DNA of 64,000 nucleotides from Felis catus (GCF_018350175.1 NC_058373.1:112346001-112410000); one strand, 5' to 3'. Counted from the first letter of the stretch, positions 13,974 through 27,875 are shown. The notes: generated by a model from the letters alone, not told the origin. Program-made: numbers and translations.

Positions 13974-14675
13974 TGAAAGCTTTTCCTTTCAGATCAGGAA
14001 CAAGACAAGGATGTATATTCTCACTGCTATTATGCAACATAGTACTGGAAGTCCTAGCCATAGCAATCAAAGAAGAAAAATAAAAAGCATCCAAATTGGT
14101 AAGGAGTAAGTAAAACTGCCACTCTTTGCATGTGACATATTATATATAGAAAAGCAAAAAAGACTCCACCAAAAAACTGTTAGAGCTAATAACTGAATTT
14201 AGTAAAGTTGCAAGGCTCTGTATTAATGTACAGAAGTCTGTTGCATTTTTGTTTTTAGAAATCTGTTGCATTTTTATACACCAATAACAAAGTAGCAAAA
14301 AGAGAAATTAAGGAAATAATCCCATTTATAATTGCACCAAAAAGAATAAAGTACTTAGGAATAAATTTAACCAAGAAAGACCTGTAAAGTGAAAACAAAG
14401 CAATGTTGATGAAAGAAATCAAAGATAGACTTCAAAAAATAGAAAGATGTACCATGCTTCTGGATTGAAAGAATTAATATTGTCAAAATGTCCAAACTAT
14501 ACAAAGCAATCTACCTATTCAGAGCAATGCCTATCAAAATACCAACAAGATTTTTCACAGAAGTAGAACAAATAACCCTAAAAGATGTATGGAACCACAA
14601 TAGACTTTGAATAGCCAAAGCAGTCTTGAGAAAACAAAACAAAACAAAGCTAGAGGTATTACAGTCTCAGATTTC

Positions 14676-14899
14676 TTTTTTTTTTAATTTTTTTTTTTAA
14701 CTTTTGTTGATTTTTGAGACAGAGACAGAGCATGGACAGGGGTGGGTCAGAGAGAGAGAGGGAGACACAGAATATGAAACAGGCTCCAGGCTCTGAGCTG
14801 TCAGCACAGAGCCTGATGTGGGGCTTGAACCCACAAACTGTGAGATCATGACCTGAGCTGCAGTCGGACACTTAACTGACTAAGCCACCCAGGTGCTCC
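14676..14899 (-). mobile_element. Can-SINE inside L1
   Basis: SINEC core; TSD taca(g/a)tctcagatttc. Confidence 0.93.
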
Positions 14900-17157
14900 T
14901 ACAATCTCAGATTTCAAACTAAACTATAAAGCTGTAGTATGGTACTGATGCAAAAATAGATACGTATATCAATGGAATAGAATTGGGAATTCAAATATAT
15001 CCATGCTTATATGGTCAATTGATCTATGACAGAGGAGTCAAGAATACACAATGGGAAAAAGACAGTCTTTTCAATAAATGGTGCTGGGAAAACTGGGCAG
15101 CTACATGCAAAAACATGAAACTGGGCTAGTTTCTTCTACCATATACAAAAATAAACTCAAAAATGGATTAAACACCTACATGTAAGACCTGAGACCATCA
15201 AACTCCTAAAAGAAAGCATAGGTAATCTCTTGGACATTGGCCTTAACATATTTATGAATATGTTTCCTCAGGCAGGGGAAACAAACAAAAACAAACTTTT
15301 GGGACCACACCAAAAGAAAACGGTTTTGCACAGTAAAGAAACCCATCAGTAAAATAAAAAGGCAGCCTACAGAATGGGAGAGGAAATTTGCAAATGATAA
15401 ATCCAATAAGGTGTTAATATACAAGATATGTAAAGTCCTACAACTCAATACCACAAAAACCCAATTCAATTAAAAAATGGGCAGAAAACCTGAATACACT
15501 TTTTTTCCAAAAAATACATGCAGATGGCCAATAGACACATAAAAAGACACTCAGTAATCATCAGGGGAATTCTAATCAAAACCACAATGAAATAACACCT
15601 CACCCCCAGACAGAATGGCGAATTTCAGAAAGACAAGAAATAACAAGTGTTGGTGAGGATGTGGAGAAAAAGGAACTCTTATGCACTGTTGGTGGGAGTA
15701 TAAATTGGCGTAGCCACTGTAGAAAACAGTATGGGACATTACTCAAGAAATTAAAAATAGAAATACTATATGGTCTAGTGATTCCAGTTCTGGGTGTTTC
15801 TCTAAGTAAACAAAAACACTAATTTGGAAGGATATGCACCCCTCTGTTCATTGCAGTATTATTTACAATGAGTTGGATATGGAAGTAGCTGAAGTGTCCA
15901 TGAATATAGGAATGCATAAAGATGTGTCATGCACACAGTCTCTCTTCCCCCCACCACACACACATACATACGATGGAATATTATTCAGCCATAAAAAAGA
16001 ATGAGATCTTGCCATTTCTGACAACATGGATTGTCCTCGTGGGTATTAGGCTAAATGAAGTAAGTCAGAGAAAGACAAATATCATACTATTTCACTTATT
16101 TGTGGACTTTGAAAAACAAAACAGAAAAACAAGCAAAAAGATGGAAATTCACTGGTAAATACAGAGGACAAATTGGTGGTTTTGAGAGGGGAATGGAGTG
16201 GGGGTATGAGCAAAATAAGTGAACAGGATTAAGAGATACAAATTTCCAGTTATGAAATAAATAAGTTACAGAGATGAAAATTGCAGCATAGGGAATATAG
16301 TCAATAATATTGTAACAATGTCATATGATGACAGATGGTAATTATGCTTACTGTGTTGAGCGTTGCATAATGTATAGAAGTGTGGAATCACTGTTTTATG
16401 TACTTGAAACTAATATAACATTCTATGTCAACTATACTTCAATAATAAAAATTAAAAAACAATCATTTTGTTGACTGCAATATGTGATCTAATGAAGGAA
16501 TTAAAGAAAACGAGGTTCTAGACTAATGTGGGAATAATTCTTTGAGTGTGTGTGTGTTTGGTGGCGGTGGTAGTGGTGGTGGTGTGTGTGTGTCTGTTTG
16601 TGGTTGAACGTATGTATGTATGGGTTCATGTAAGTGTACATACACTCTCCTACTATCATGATGTTAACATTAAGTTTCGATTTTAGGCAGGTGTTTTGAA
16701 CCTGGATATTGAGATTAAGGCCTTTACAAGTATATCTGTTCCTTTTTCAGTTGTAATGCTGAGACCAGCATGTATTCCTACTTTTCCTCTAAGGGTAGAC
16801 CAACCCCCCACCCCTCACCATGTTTTCTTCTCACAGCTGTAGTGTTTCCAGGAAGGTGTGGTTTTGATGCACCTATTCCTGCATATTACAGATTTTGCTC
16901 AGAGGAGATAACCAAATAGTTGTAGTCAAAGTTTCTGACCTGGGTTGAATAGAATTGCACTAGTGCCCTCCCGTACAGGTTTGCTGCAGATTAAGGTTTT
17001 GTTTTGTAACTGAGGTAAGCTAGATGGTTCCGGGTGGAGTGGCAGCATTGTTTACTGTTCTCCTTTAGCCAGCAATGGGGAGCTTATTCAGAATTCTCCC
17101 TCAGCTTTTCTGTGTTTCCAGTCAGGTTCCAGGAGGAAGAGTGTGCAAGAAGGAATG

Positions 17158-17951
17158 TGTAAAGGAAAAACACTCCTGTATATGTCCTCGACTTTCAACA
17201 TTCTGCTTGGCTCAGAACACTCAACTTTACAACACTTACGGATTTGCCACATACCCAACAGATCTATGACATCATCTGGGTGTCCTCCAATTTAACTCAA
17301 TTCTGACATTATCTACCTGGAGTTAGCATCAGATCCCGCCAGTTAGGGGTTTAGTCCTATAAGACTTCTCCCTCCCAACTTCAGATGCTGTTCTCAAGTC
17401 CAGGTTGTTAAATTACCTAAGTTCAGGTTGTTACCTACACTTCTGACCAAAGTCGCAGAAATCAGAGATTCCCATCTTCCTCTTTGGATTCAATTAGTTT
17501 GCTAGAGTGGCTCACAGAACTCAGGAGAACAGTTTACTTATTAGATTACTGGTTTATTATAAAAAGATATTTTTCAGGAACAGCCAGATGGAAGAGTTGC
17601 ATAGGCCAAATTATGTGGGAAGAGCCAAGGGGTTTCCTTGCTCTCTCCAGATGCTACCCTCTCAGCATTTCCACATGTTCACCAACATGTAAGTGAAGGA
17701 TATTGGGATTAATCTCTAATCAGTTGGTTGGTTTTCCTGACAACCAGTCCCCATCCTTAGGTTATCATGTGGCTTTTCAAAAGTCACCTCATTAACATAA
17801 ACTCAGGTGTAGTTGAAATGCACTTGTTATGAATAACAGAAGATACCTTTATCCCTCCCATCACTTTGGAAATTACAAGGGTTTTAGGAACTCTGCTAGG
17901 AAAAGGGAAGAAGAACAAATTTATATTTCTTTTATAAATCAGGATGTCACA
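17158..17951. mobile_element. MER21-like LTR
   Basis: ctgggtgtcc..aattctgacattatctacctggagttagcatcagatccc and gctagagtggctcacagaactcagg motifs; ends tcaca. Confidence 0.7.
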
Positions 17952-18334
17952 GTGTACATACAACCTTCTCCCCACCCCCATCCTCCTGTTTGTGGCCCCC
18001 AGGATTTCACACTCTCTTGATAGCTCCTGGTCAGCCTTTAGTAGTTTATTTAAAATTTCTAGTTTAATTTTCTTGGTAGTTCATATAGTGTTCAGTGGCA
18101 ACTGTCCTGGGTTAGGAAAGGTTCATGTCTTATTTCACTCTCTAGGTGACTGATGACTGTCTTTTGAAGGAAGACCTGTGGCCTTAGTTCTCTGATGGGC
18201 TCAGGAGGAATTGATAATTTGGTGTTGTAACAGTTTTTTGTTGTTGTCTGGTTTTTTTTTTTTTTTTTGTATTAGTGTGAGTGACACTTTTTCTAGCTCT
18301 TTACACCTTCTGTCTTGAACTGGAAATCCTTTTG

Positions 18335-18537
18335 CTTTTTTGTTTTTTAAAGTTTATTATTTTGAGAGAGAGAGAAAGCAGAGGCGGGGCAGAGAGAGAG
18401 AGGGAGAGAGAGAATCCCAAGTAGGCTTCGTACCATCAGCACCCACCCTGATGCAGGGCTCGAACTCATAAACTGTGAGATCATGACCTGAGATCAAGAG
18501 TCAGACACTCAGCTGACTTCACCACCCCGGTGCTCCC
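18335..18537 (-). mobile_element. Can-SINE
   Basis: SINEC core motifs. Confidence 0.9.
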
Positions 18538-19777
18538 TTGTGCTTTTAAAAAAAGTTGGTTTCATGTTGCTGTTCTCTATGAACTCATTGTCTTTTTTCC
18601 CTTTGAGTCATAAAAATATTTATATAAAGCTAAAGTTTTTGTATACTCCCATCTATATTCAGTTTTTTATTGTTATGGGTCATGTTTTCCAAAGTCTTTG
18701 AATTTCCAAGTAATTTTTATTGTACAATTATATATTGTATAGTTTTAATTGTGTATTATATCATATAATGTATGTTCTTTTGTCAGTTTGATCTTTTCGA
18801 AATTTTGTTACACACGTCTAGAGTAAATGTACTAAGTAGTAGCCTTTCTGGAATCTTCTTTGAATGTCTGGAGCGTTCAGTGAATTTACTGTGGCTGGTC
18901 AGGACTCCTAAATAGTGCAGCACTATGATTTCTGAAATATCAGTAACGCAGGCTTCCTAGTACTATAGTGTGCAGATTTCATAGACTCTCACTCTGTGCA
19001 TGCAATAGAATTTGCCAGAGCTGTAGACCTTATTGCATATTCTGGAGTTCCTTTTCTGTAAAACTGCCTACTTTTTGGTAAACTGCTCTGCAAATTCCGT
19101 CTACATTAGTGTCCCTAAACTCTTTATCTGCATCTTTAGCTCATTGTGCTCTGCTTGGGCTCTACCTCCCTGAAGGGTAGTTTGGACCATGTTTCCAGGC
19201 AGAAAGCCTTGGCTGTTGTGGGGCTTATTTACTGTGTATTTTCCTTACTTCTCTTAGGGATCTCTGTCTTGGGCTCTTTTGTCTAACATCTGAAAATAGA
19301 TATTGTTCTATCTGTTGCTTCGGTTTTATAGTTGGATATGGTGAAAGAGGTGATCAGATACCAGTTACTCTGTCATGGAAACAAGTGGAAGTTCTGTTAT
19401 TATTATTTTTTCCATTGAGTAAATTTTATGTGCCAGTCATCATAAACTCTTCCATTTAAACTCTTTATATCTCATTTAGCCCTTGTTTAATTTTTATGAA
19501 AACCATATTTTATTATAATTATTTGTAACAACTAATAATTATTTATCACCATTTTGCGTATGAAAAATTTAGAGAGGGTCAGCAATCTCCTAGTGGAATA
19601 AATCCTAGTAATTAAGTGGTATAGACGTATACTAATTAAATAGTGTAAGCATGTCTCTGTGTCTTGTTATGTAAAATTATTGGATTTTTAAACTGTATTA
19701 AAAACTTAGCTATTTTTAAAATTTATTATTTGATTTTGAAAGTTGATATTATTTGATTTTGAGAGTTGATTTTGAGA

Positions 19778-19980
19778 GTAGAGGTTGGCACAGTTTTTGT
19801 TCAGAGCCACATGATAATATTTTAGACTTGAGGATCATACAGACTCTTGATACTCAGCTCTGCTATCATAGCTCAACAGTAGGCAGAGGCAATTCATAAA
19901 CAAATCAGTATGGCTGTGTTTCAGTAAAACTTTATTAAAACAGAAGACCAATTTGTGGGGCCATAGTTTGCTGACTGCTG
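19778..19980. mobile_element. MER58-like hAT MITE
   Basis: Ends ggttggca.../...gccatagtttgctgac; internal tggctgtgtttcagtaaaacttta. Confidence 0.75.
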
Positions 19981-20025
19981 AATTAGATTGAGGGTTCCTG
20001 TGGTTTTGATCTTTGGCATTTTCAT

Positions 20026-20056
<31 letters not shown>

Positions 20057-22846
20057 ACATTATTGTTCAGAAAACTTGGCATTTAGTGATAAAGATCATC
20101 TCCAAACTTGTTTTAAAATAAAAAGCAAGAAAGTGCTTAAATGATGAATTGCTTCATCTCTGTCGCCAAGTCCTAATTCCTATATATTGTCCTCTCTGAA
20201 ATAGGATGTATATTTTTTCTGAGAGTTGAACTTCTACTTTAAGTAGATGGATTCCTTGGTAACAGTTAAATTATAGGCAGCAGGCTATTTTCGCAGTTGC
20301 TATATACTTAGTGGCTAGCATGATACCTGGCATATAGTAGATAGTCATCAAAAGGTTTTGAATGAATTGTTGTAAAACAAAAGAATACATTCTTATATTT
20401 TATTGTAAAGAATGTCAATGAGGAAGAAAGTTGTGTAGTCAGGATAACCTAGTATTTTAGCGCTTTAATTAAACATTAAATTAAAAAATAATTACGCACT
20501 GTTCAAATTGTTAGGCAAAACAATTTAAATGAAGGTGGTTTGTTTCTTTATGAAAGTAAGATTATAATAATCCTTTTTGACATATTTAATAGGAAGTTAA
20601 ATTAATGCATGTTAGCATATAAAACCCATTGTCATGGGTTTATGGAGAGAAAAGCAGTTATTTAGAATGGCAACTTAGAATATGTCCATATAAAAGAACC
20701 TAAGGAAGGAAAGCCAAGAAAATGAAAGTGAAATGAATGGTCAGAGTTGTTAGGAGAAAGTAAGAAGGGACTGTATTGGGGTCAGAGTTCAGAAAGAGGG
20801 AGTAGTGTGTGGAGGAAACAAAGCAAAACCTGAAAACTGACCAAAAAAAACGGGCAAATAATATAAAAAATATACTTGGAATATAAGTTCTAGTAGTGTG
20901 TTCTGAGAAGACTAGAAACACAATTCTAATAAACCTATGAAGTTTTTCAGAACCAATCTACACAAAAGTGACTGAAATTGATTACTCAGAAGAATGAAAA
21001 TAGTCAAATAGTTGTTTAGTTCTAGAATGTTTGGCAGAGGTGAAAAGAGATATAAAAATGAGCTCAGTTTCATAGGTGATTTTGGAGAATGGATAAATAT
21101 TTTGATGTCAATAAAAGAACTAGAAAAAAATGAATTAGGAAATAAAACCAGAATCTTCCACTTTTAAGTGTCTTTCTTTACTAATTTAAAATAAAAATTT
21201 CAATATTCTTTGCTTATAATCCATCAGAATTTTGACTTGTAAAACCTCTAAAGCAGTTACTTTCAATGCTGTATTTAAACCACTTTTAATTAGCAATTTT
21301 ATTCCAACTTGTGTTTGGACTACTGAATTATTTTTTGGCCTATTAAACTCTTTATTCTGTGGGTTAATGTTGAATCATATTTGTTCTAGGAACTGACAGT
21401 TTCAGGGATGCTAGAACTAACTGCCTTTCTCTGGTCTAGTTGTACTTTGATTTTTTTAAATTACAATGAGATGAAAATTTCAGTACACTAGGAAACAGAA
21501 ACCTATCAAAAGGATTTCTCTCACACTTTATTTCTTGTCCAATGGAGTGCAAATAATACCTGTACTTTTCCATATCTCCACTTGAAGGTAGGGCTCTTCA
21601 ATTGTTTAAAAATTCCTTGTACTCAGAACTAGTTTAGTTAGCTGAAAAATTGTAGTTGGGCAATAGAAGTTTTACCTCCAAACTGTGTTCAGGCCTCCAT
21701 ACATACCAGCACATGAGTGTTCTAGAAAAAATGTAAGTGTTCTGATCCTTCATATTACTTTCTCTATGGCAGAAATTGTGAGGTTCAGTCACAACTTCTT
21801 TTTTGCCTTGCTTGGAAAACTAGTGACAGGTTTGTCCTTAATTTGTTTATGGGGACAAACATATCAAACATGAAAAATGGCAATAGATCTTTAAACAGGG
21901 AATTTGCATAAGTTATTCATTTTCTCTCAGGGAAAAAAATGTAATGCATCTTGTGAGAAAGGGTACAGTGACTTCTTATACCTTGTCTAGGTATAAGGGT
22001 TATGATTTGTTTTCATTTGTTTTCACAAGGACAAATTGTTACATGATGGCATAAGGAATCTTGGATTCCATTTGGAGTTGATTATTTCTTATAATAATGT
22101 CATCTTTATTTGATTGCTGTGGTATGGTAGGAAAATGGGATTGGTACTAGATACCTATATTTAACTTTAGGATTCACATTCCTTCAAACAAGAGGCATCT
22201 TCTTTCAGCCTAATTTCCTTATCAAGAAAATGAAGTTTTCTTCAAGATTACCAGAATTGTTTTGAACATTAATTTAATAGCTGGTATGGCAAAAATTTGC
22301 GAATCATATTGCTATACAAATGTAAATGCATTTTCTTTTAAAACTCTTAAAATTACTGAAGCTTTAAAGTCAAGAAAAAGAGTATGACAGTTCATGGAAA
22401 TGAATAGTTATCATCGGACCAAAAATAAATCAATTAGAAGTATTATTTGTTAATTAATGTAAAACTAGAGAGCTAAAATATTTTAAAAAGAGAATAATTT
22501 TGTCTAAATTTTTAGAATGTGAATAAGAGGACCTAACAATTTGTTTTCTTCCATTCATTTGGCAAAGGAAAAATGATTAAGAAAGAAGAAATGTTTCTCT
22601 TAATTTTTACAGTTATAATTATATAACTTCTGATTAAGACTTGGTCCAAACTGTGTAGTCTGAGAGGGACAGAACACTAATATAAGTTGTTAAATGACCT
22701 TATGACTAATAGGTTAACAGTTTTACAATTAAAAGTGTGTTTTATGTTTGAAAGCATAAGGTAAATTTTGCTTGGAAATTCTAACACATGTTCTTACCTA
22801 TAATTTATTGATGTTTAATTGTAGAGAACTAGGCTTTGTTCCTTTT

Positions 22847-23070
22847 TTTTTTTTTTAATTTTTTTTTCAACGTTTATTTATTTTTGGGACAGAGAGAGAC
22901 AGAGCATGAATGGGGGAGGGGCAGAGAGAGAGGGAGACACAGAATCAGAAACAGGCTCCAGACTCTGAGCCATCAGCCCAGAGCCTGACGCGGGGCTCGA
23001 ACTCACGGACCGCGAGATCGTGACCTGGCTGAAGTTGGACGCTTAACCGACTGTGCCACCCAGGCGCCCC
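22847..23070 (-). mobile_element. Young SINEC_Fc-type SINE
   Basis: Near-identical to 4154 and 9196 copies; TSD gctttgttcctttt. Confidence 0.97.
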
Positions 23071-23127
23071 AGCTTTGTTCCTTTTAAGTATACGATATAT
23101 AACCATTGGATGTATGAATCTAAGGTT

Positions 23128-23359
23128 TTATTTTTTTTGTGTGTAAAAAAATTTTTGTAATGTCTGTTTATTTTTGAGAGAGAGCGCATGCATGTGCACA
23201 GAGGCGGGGCAGAGAGAGAGGGAGACACAGAATCCAAAGCAGGTACCAGGCTTTGAGCTCTCAGCACAGAGCCTGATGTGGGGCTTGAACCCACAAACTG
23301 TAAGATCATGACCTGAGCCAAAGTCGGACACTGAACCGACTGAGACATCAGCTACCCCC
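23128..23359 (-). mobile_element. Can-SINE
   Basis: SINEC core motifs. Confidence 0.9.
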
Positions 23360-23482
23360 TGGTTTTGTTTTGTTTTCATAGAAGATAAGGAAGGCACTGC
23401 TTTTGTTCTCTTTCTGTCTGTTTCATCAGTTACCAAAAGTCCACTCTTCTAGTCCAGATACAACTTTATTTAAACTAAATGC

Positions 23483-24200
23483 TGTGGGCAATAAGCTTAG
23501 GAATTTCCTGAGCTTGTGCTTATGGTTTAACAAGGCATAAAGAAATAGGGAGCCACAGGACAAAAGCATCCAAGATTAGGTAAACAAGATTAGGTAAACA
23601 GGGCAAAGCGCCCCCAGTATAGAACAAAGGTATAGGAATAGGAAACCTCAGAATAAAAGCATCCAAGATTACATAAACAAGATTAGGTGTTCAGGGTGGA
23701 AACGCTCCCCTAAAATTTAGTACAGTAGCAGAAAGCTGCTTTCACAGGCAGGAAGGACAAAACAGGCAAACAGGACTATGGACCAAGGCAGGGAAAAGTT
23801 GCCAGGACCGGAGCTAATTAGTAAACCTTGTTGACCCTGAGGTACATGCTCTGTCTGTTTTATCCCCTAGGCAAGTTTAGGTAAACCAGAAGTGGTGCCT
23901 CGTGTCTGCTGTAAACAACCATTTGTCCGGCATCAAGATTTTGTTTTGTATTGACCCAAATCCGTAACACCACATATCTTCAAAACCCCCTTTAACTCAC
24001 ACCCATGAGTTAATGTTCATGGTTTCGTTGTCTCTTTGTGCATGTCCATCATGCTTGTAAGCCTTCTGATACTAATAAAAACAGAGCAGGGACCCTTACT
24101 TGGGCTCTTGTCTCCTCCCGGACGTTAGCCTCTCTCGCATTTTAATCCTGCATCCTCTCTTGCTGGACAAGAGAAAACTCCAGACCCAGAGTCTATGACA
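23483..24200 (+). mobile_element. Solo ERV LTR (718 bp), class II-like
   Basis: TG...CA termini, perfect 6-bp TSD aaatgc (23477-82 and 24201-06), AATAAA at 24074, internal U3 direct repeats. Confidence 0.85.
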
Positions 24201-24924
24201 AAATGCCACAAAGTGAGTATTGCCAATGCAAGAAAAATAGCATATACTGAACTCTGATATGCCATTTTTAGTACTGAGTGCCAAAGGCTAAGCAAGGGCT
24301 TGAAGCCAACAATACAGTAATAAAGTGTTACGACTTAGAAGGGTTTTAGAGGTTATTAATTCTAACTCCTCTTTTCAAATTCTGGTGTTTGGATAAATTA
24401 GCCATTTTGAGACTTGATCTACTTTCATATAATTTGATAATAGACTTGTTGAACCTTAATGTGAATGTTAGGATTATACTAATGTAAAAAAATATTATAA
24501 AATGTTAATGATTATTAACAACTTATTAATGATTATTAACAACCATTATTACTATTGTGATCAAACTTATTCCCATATTTTCAAAAATCAACTAAAAGCA
24601 CTAACAAAAGTTATATATATAAATACAAAACATAAGTAATGCTTAAAGTGAAAAATTTGATGCCAAACCCCTGCCTTTGTGTGTGGACTAACAGATACTA
24701 ATTTATACTTTTGTGTTTTTAATTTTATTTTTGATATTTTACCACACTGCTACATCAATAATCTGAGATTTAAAATAGGTAAGGAGATACTTGAAAACAT
24801 GAAACTAAAAGGTTGTGTCAGATCTGCAAAATTCTTTCAAGACTTTCAGGATAAAAGGAAGCAATGTAAGAAAACAAAAGCAAAAAGAATATTCATCTTT
24901 CTGTTTCCTATTTATTTTAGGATC

Positions 24925-25101
24925 TTTTTTTTTTTTAAGAGAGAAATATTGAGAGAGACAGAACATGAGAGGGGCAGAGGGAGAGAGAATCTTAAGCAGG
25001 TTCCATGCGCAGCATGGAGCTGGACACAGGATTCCATCCCATGACCCTAGGATCATGACTTGAGGTAAAATAGACAATCAACTGAGCCACCCAGGTGCAC
25101 C
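24925..25101 (-). mobile_element. Can-SINE (older subtype)
   Basis: SINEC core; TSD aggatctt. Confidence 0.88.
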
Positions 25102-26841
25102 AGGATCTTCTGTTTTATTTTTGTACCATCCATTTTTCACTTCAAAAGATGATGATTCTTGTCTTCATTAGGAGTGGTAATAATTTTAACATCTACTGAA
25201 CTCCTATCATCTTATGTTATTTTTTTAAGGTCTCCCTCTATCCCCTACCTTTAACTTTCATATTACTGAGAATTTAGTTAATTCATTTTCTTGCCTTAAA
25301 GAACCTTAAACCTTAAGTATTTTTGACATTTGACTATCAGTAACCTACTTTAAAAACTCTCTGGAGAAAGAGATTACACCATTTCACTGTAATCCATTCA
25401 GGTATTTAATAGTCCTCCTCGAAGAGATACTTCCGTTTAATCAGGTAGGCATACCAGAGATGTAAATCCTTGTGTCTTGAGTATTTTCTTAATTCTGCAG
25501 CTGACTTTAGAAGATAGCTAGGCAGTTTTATGAAGGAATAAAGATACTAAGGAATGGTATTGATTATGTCTTTGGCATATACTAGGCAACTAGTAAATAT
25601 TTTTTTTGTCTACTTTTTTCCCAGTCTTTGTTGTAAGTGTTCCTAAACTACTCTCACTGTTAACTTAATGTTAACATTGAGAAAGATTTTTTTCTTGAGG
25701 GAAAGAATTTTTTCTTCATCATCTGTAAGATCTTTGATAATCAGACCTAGTAATGGGAGGTAATTAGTTAGTTTTTGTTTGTTTATCTTCTGAACTGGAG
25801 ATATTTTGAGTTTTAGTAACCAACTTATGAGTGTTATAGACTCCTAAATATTTTGTAGCATAAAGCTGAGGACATCACATTTTGTGACAAATGACAAGGT
25901 TTCTCTTGGCAACACAGAGCTGTTGACAGTTGTTAAGAAGTCTGGGACTTAATAGACACTTAGCCTCTTCGGAACCTTGTACAATAGATTTGACTGTAGA
26001 TGCTGACTTTGGAAATTAAACTGAATAGGTAAAAGAGTAACCAAAAGGTGTGGCACTCTAGGTTGTCTTCACAATAATGTTGTTGATACTAACTTTTCAA
26101 GTGGAGCTAGTGTAAATCAGGCAGGGCATATCAGGAAATTCAGTTATAGGTAATCATCATGAACAGATGTAATATCTTGGAGCCAAATTTTGCTCTTCAG
26201 CAGAGGCCTGGAACATGGCTTCAGATCCCCAGATACAGAACTGGTAAGAAAATAGAGAAGCAGGTACTGAAGCAAATTCCAACCCTGGAATCTTGAACAT
26301 ATTGGGTTAGGGAAAGCTGAGACCTCAGAGCAGACATTAGAGCCTAGATGTGGTATTTGGATGGTAATATTGCTTTGGCAGTAGTGGGTCTATGTCAGTA
26401 CTTGGTCTGGAAGGGTGACTAGTGCTAAGCCCTAACAGATAAGTAGATAACTCTATTTAATAATGAATTGCTTTCATCTGGAATCTTCCAAGGGCCCAAC
26501 TCTTCAGATATGGAACAAGAAAATGAGAGAAGTGTGGGATGCAAAACTTGATAGATCTAGGAGGATTACCTTGATTCCTGTTAAAATCTTCAGGGATTTG
26601 TTTGTATCTTGGACTGTGAGGTCCTATAGTACATTGCAGGTGCTCAGAAGATACTTGTTGAATGATAACTAAATGAAGATGGTCACTCAGATATTGTAGT
26701 GCCATTAATACAACCTAGTTTAAGTAGGTGGATTATTTCCCTTTTATGATTATGGGAATAATAAACTCATTACTTCAGAACTCAAATACACAATTTCCAG
26801 ATTAAATTATCAGTCTGGGTAATAGGTTATAGGTGTCACTT

Positions 26842-27054
26842 AAAAAAAATTTTTTTTGTTTTTTAACGTCTATTCATTTTTTGAGAGCACAAGCAGGGGA
26901 GGGGCAGAGAGAGGGGGAGACACAGAATCTGAAGCAGGCTCCAGGCTCTGAGCTGTCAGCACAGAGCCCGATGTGGGGCTTGAACTCATGAAACGTGAGA
27001 TCATGACCTGAGCTGAAGTTGGATGCTTAACCTACTGAGCCACCCAGGGGCCCC
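26842..27054 (-). mobile_element. Can-SINE
   Basis: SINEC core; perfect TSD taggtgtcactt. Confidence 0.95.
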
Positions 27055-27617
27055 TAGGTGTCACTTCTGTTGCTTTTGTTCACTATATACCCCACTCAGT
27101 AAATAATTATTGAATATATTTTTTGCTGAATATTATGTTTCGTGATCAACTTTATTTTGTGCCTTTTTTATGTAGATATTTTTCAAGGGTCACTATGAGT
27201 ATCTTCATGTACTATGCACTGAGACATCTATAAAAAAGTGTTAAGATGTACTCCCTGCCAGTAAGAAGCTTAAATTAGGGTAGCTAACTCAGAAAGGTAG
27301 GTAAGTATGCCATTCAGTAAATGAAGAGTGCAATGATGTTTAAGAAGAAAATATTTATAACTCTACATTGAAAACTGGATAATGACAGCCTAGTTAGTAT
27401 TTTGAAAACATATTCTCTAATATTCTCTTAGTTTTAACGAGGAACTGTTAAAGAACTGTTATTTCACATTTTTATCAACTGGAAGAGAACCAATTTATTT
27501 TTCAAGTGAGGTGTTACTAGATAACTCATTAATATTTCCAAAAGAAAATTTATAGAATTCTAGTTAAGCTGCGGTAGGAAAGAAAGACATGTTCTGTAAA
27601 TTATTAACCATATTTAA

Positions 27618-27875
27618 GGAGGAGCAGAGAGAAAGGGTAATGGAGGATTTGAAGCTCCACTATGCTGGCAGCAGAGAGCCTGATGCAGGGCTTGAACTTA
27701 GGAACCATGAGATCATGACCTGAGTCGAACTCGGCCACTTAACTGACTGAACCAGCCAGGTGTCCAAGAGCACACTTATTTTGATGAGCACTGAGTAATA
27801 TATGGAACTGTTGAATCTATTGTACACTTAATACTAAGATAACTCTGTTAACTACACTGTAATTAAAATACAAAA
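27618..27875. mobile_element. Tail-less antisense SINE (27618-27765) fused to a sense L1 3' end (27766-27875)
   Basis: SINE core followed directly by gatgagcactgagtaatatatggaactgttgaatc...aattaaaat. Confidence 0.75.

Larger units (their letters stand above)
12574..16458 (+). mobile_element. 5'-truncated older carnivore L1 (decayed ORF2 RT/C-terminal region, 3'UTR, A tail) with three SINE insertions
   Basis: Colinear with ORF2 of the 31.5-37 kb L1; peptide [29 protein letters not shown]; imperfect TSD aa(t/c)aatc(c/a)ttttg. Confidence 0.93.

Noticed and set aside
21975..21997. 9-bp inverted repeat cttatacct/aggtataag
   Set aside because: Plausibly chance in 64 kb of AT-rich DNA
23560..23700. 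Short direct repeats with spacers, superficially CRISPR-like
   Set aside because: They are U3 repeats within an LTR; eukaryotic context and irregular spacing
24505..24543. Local 21-bp-period tandem duplication (similar cases at 45848-45916 and 55729-55756)
   Set aside because: Ordinary slippage duplications with no sign of function
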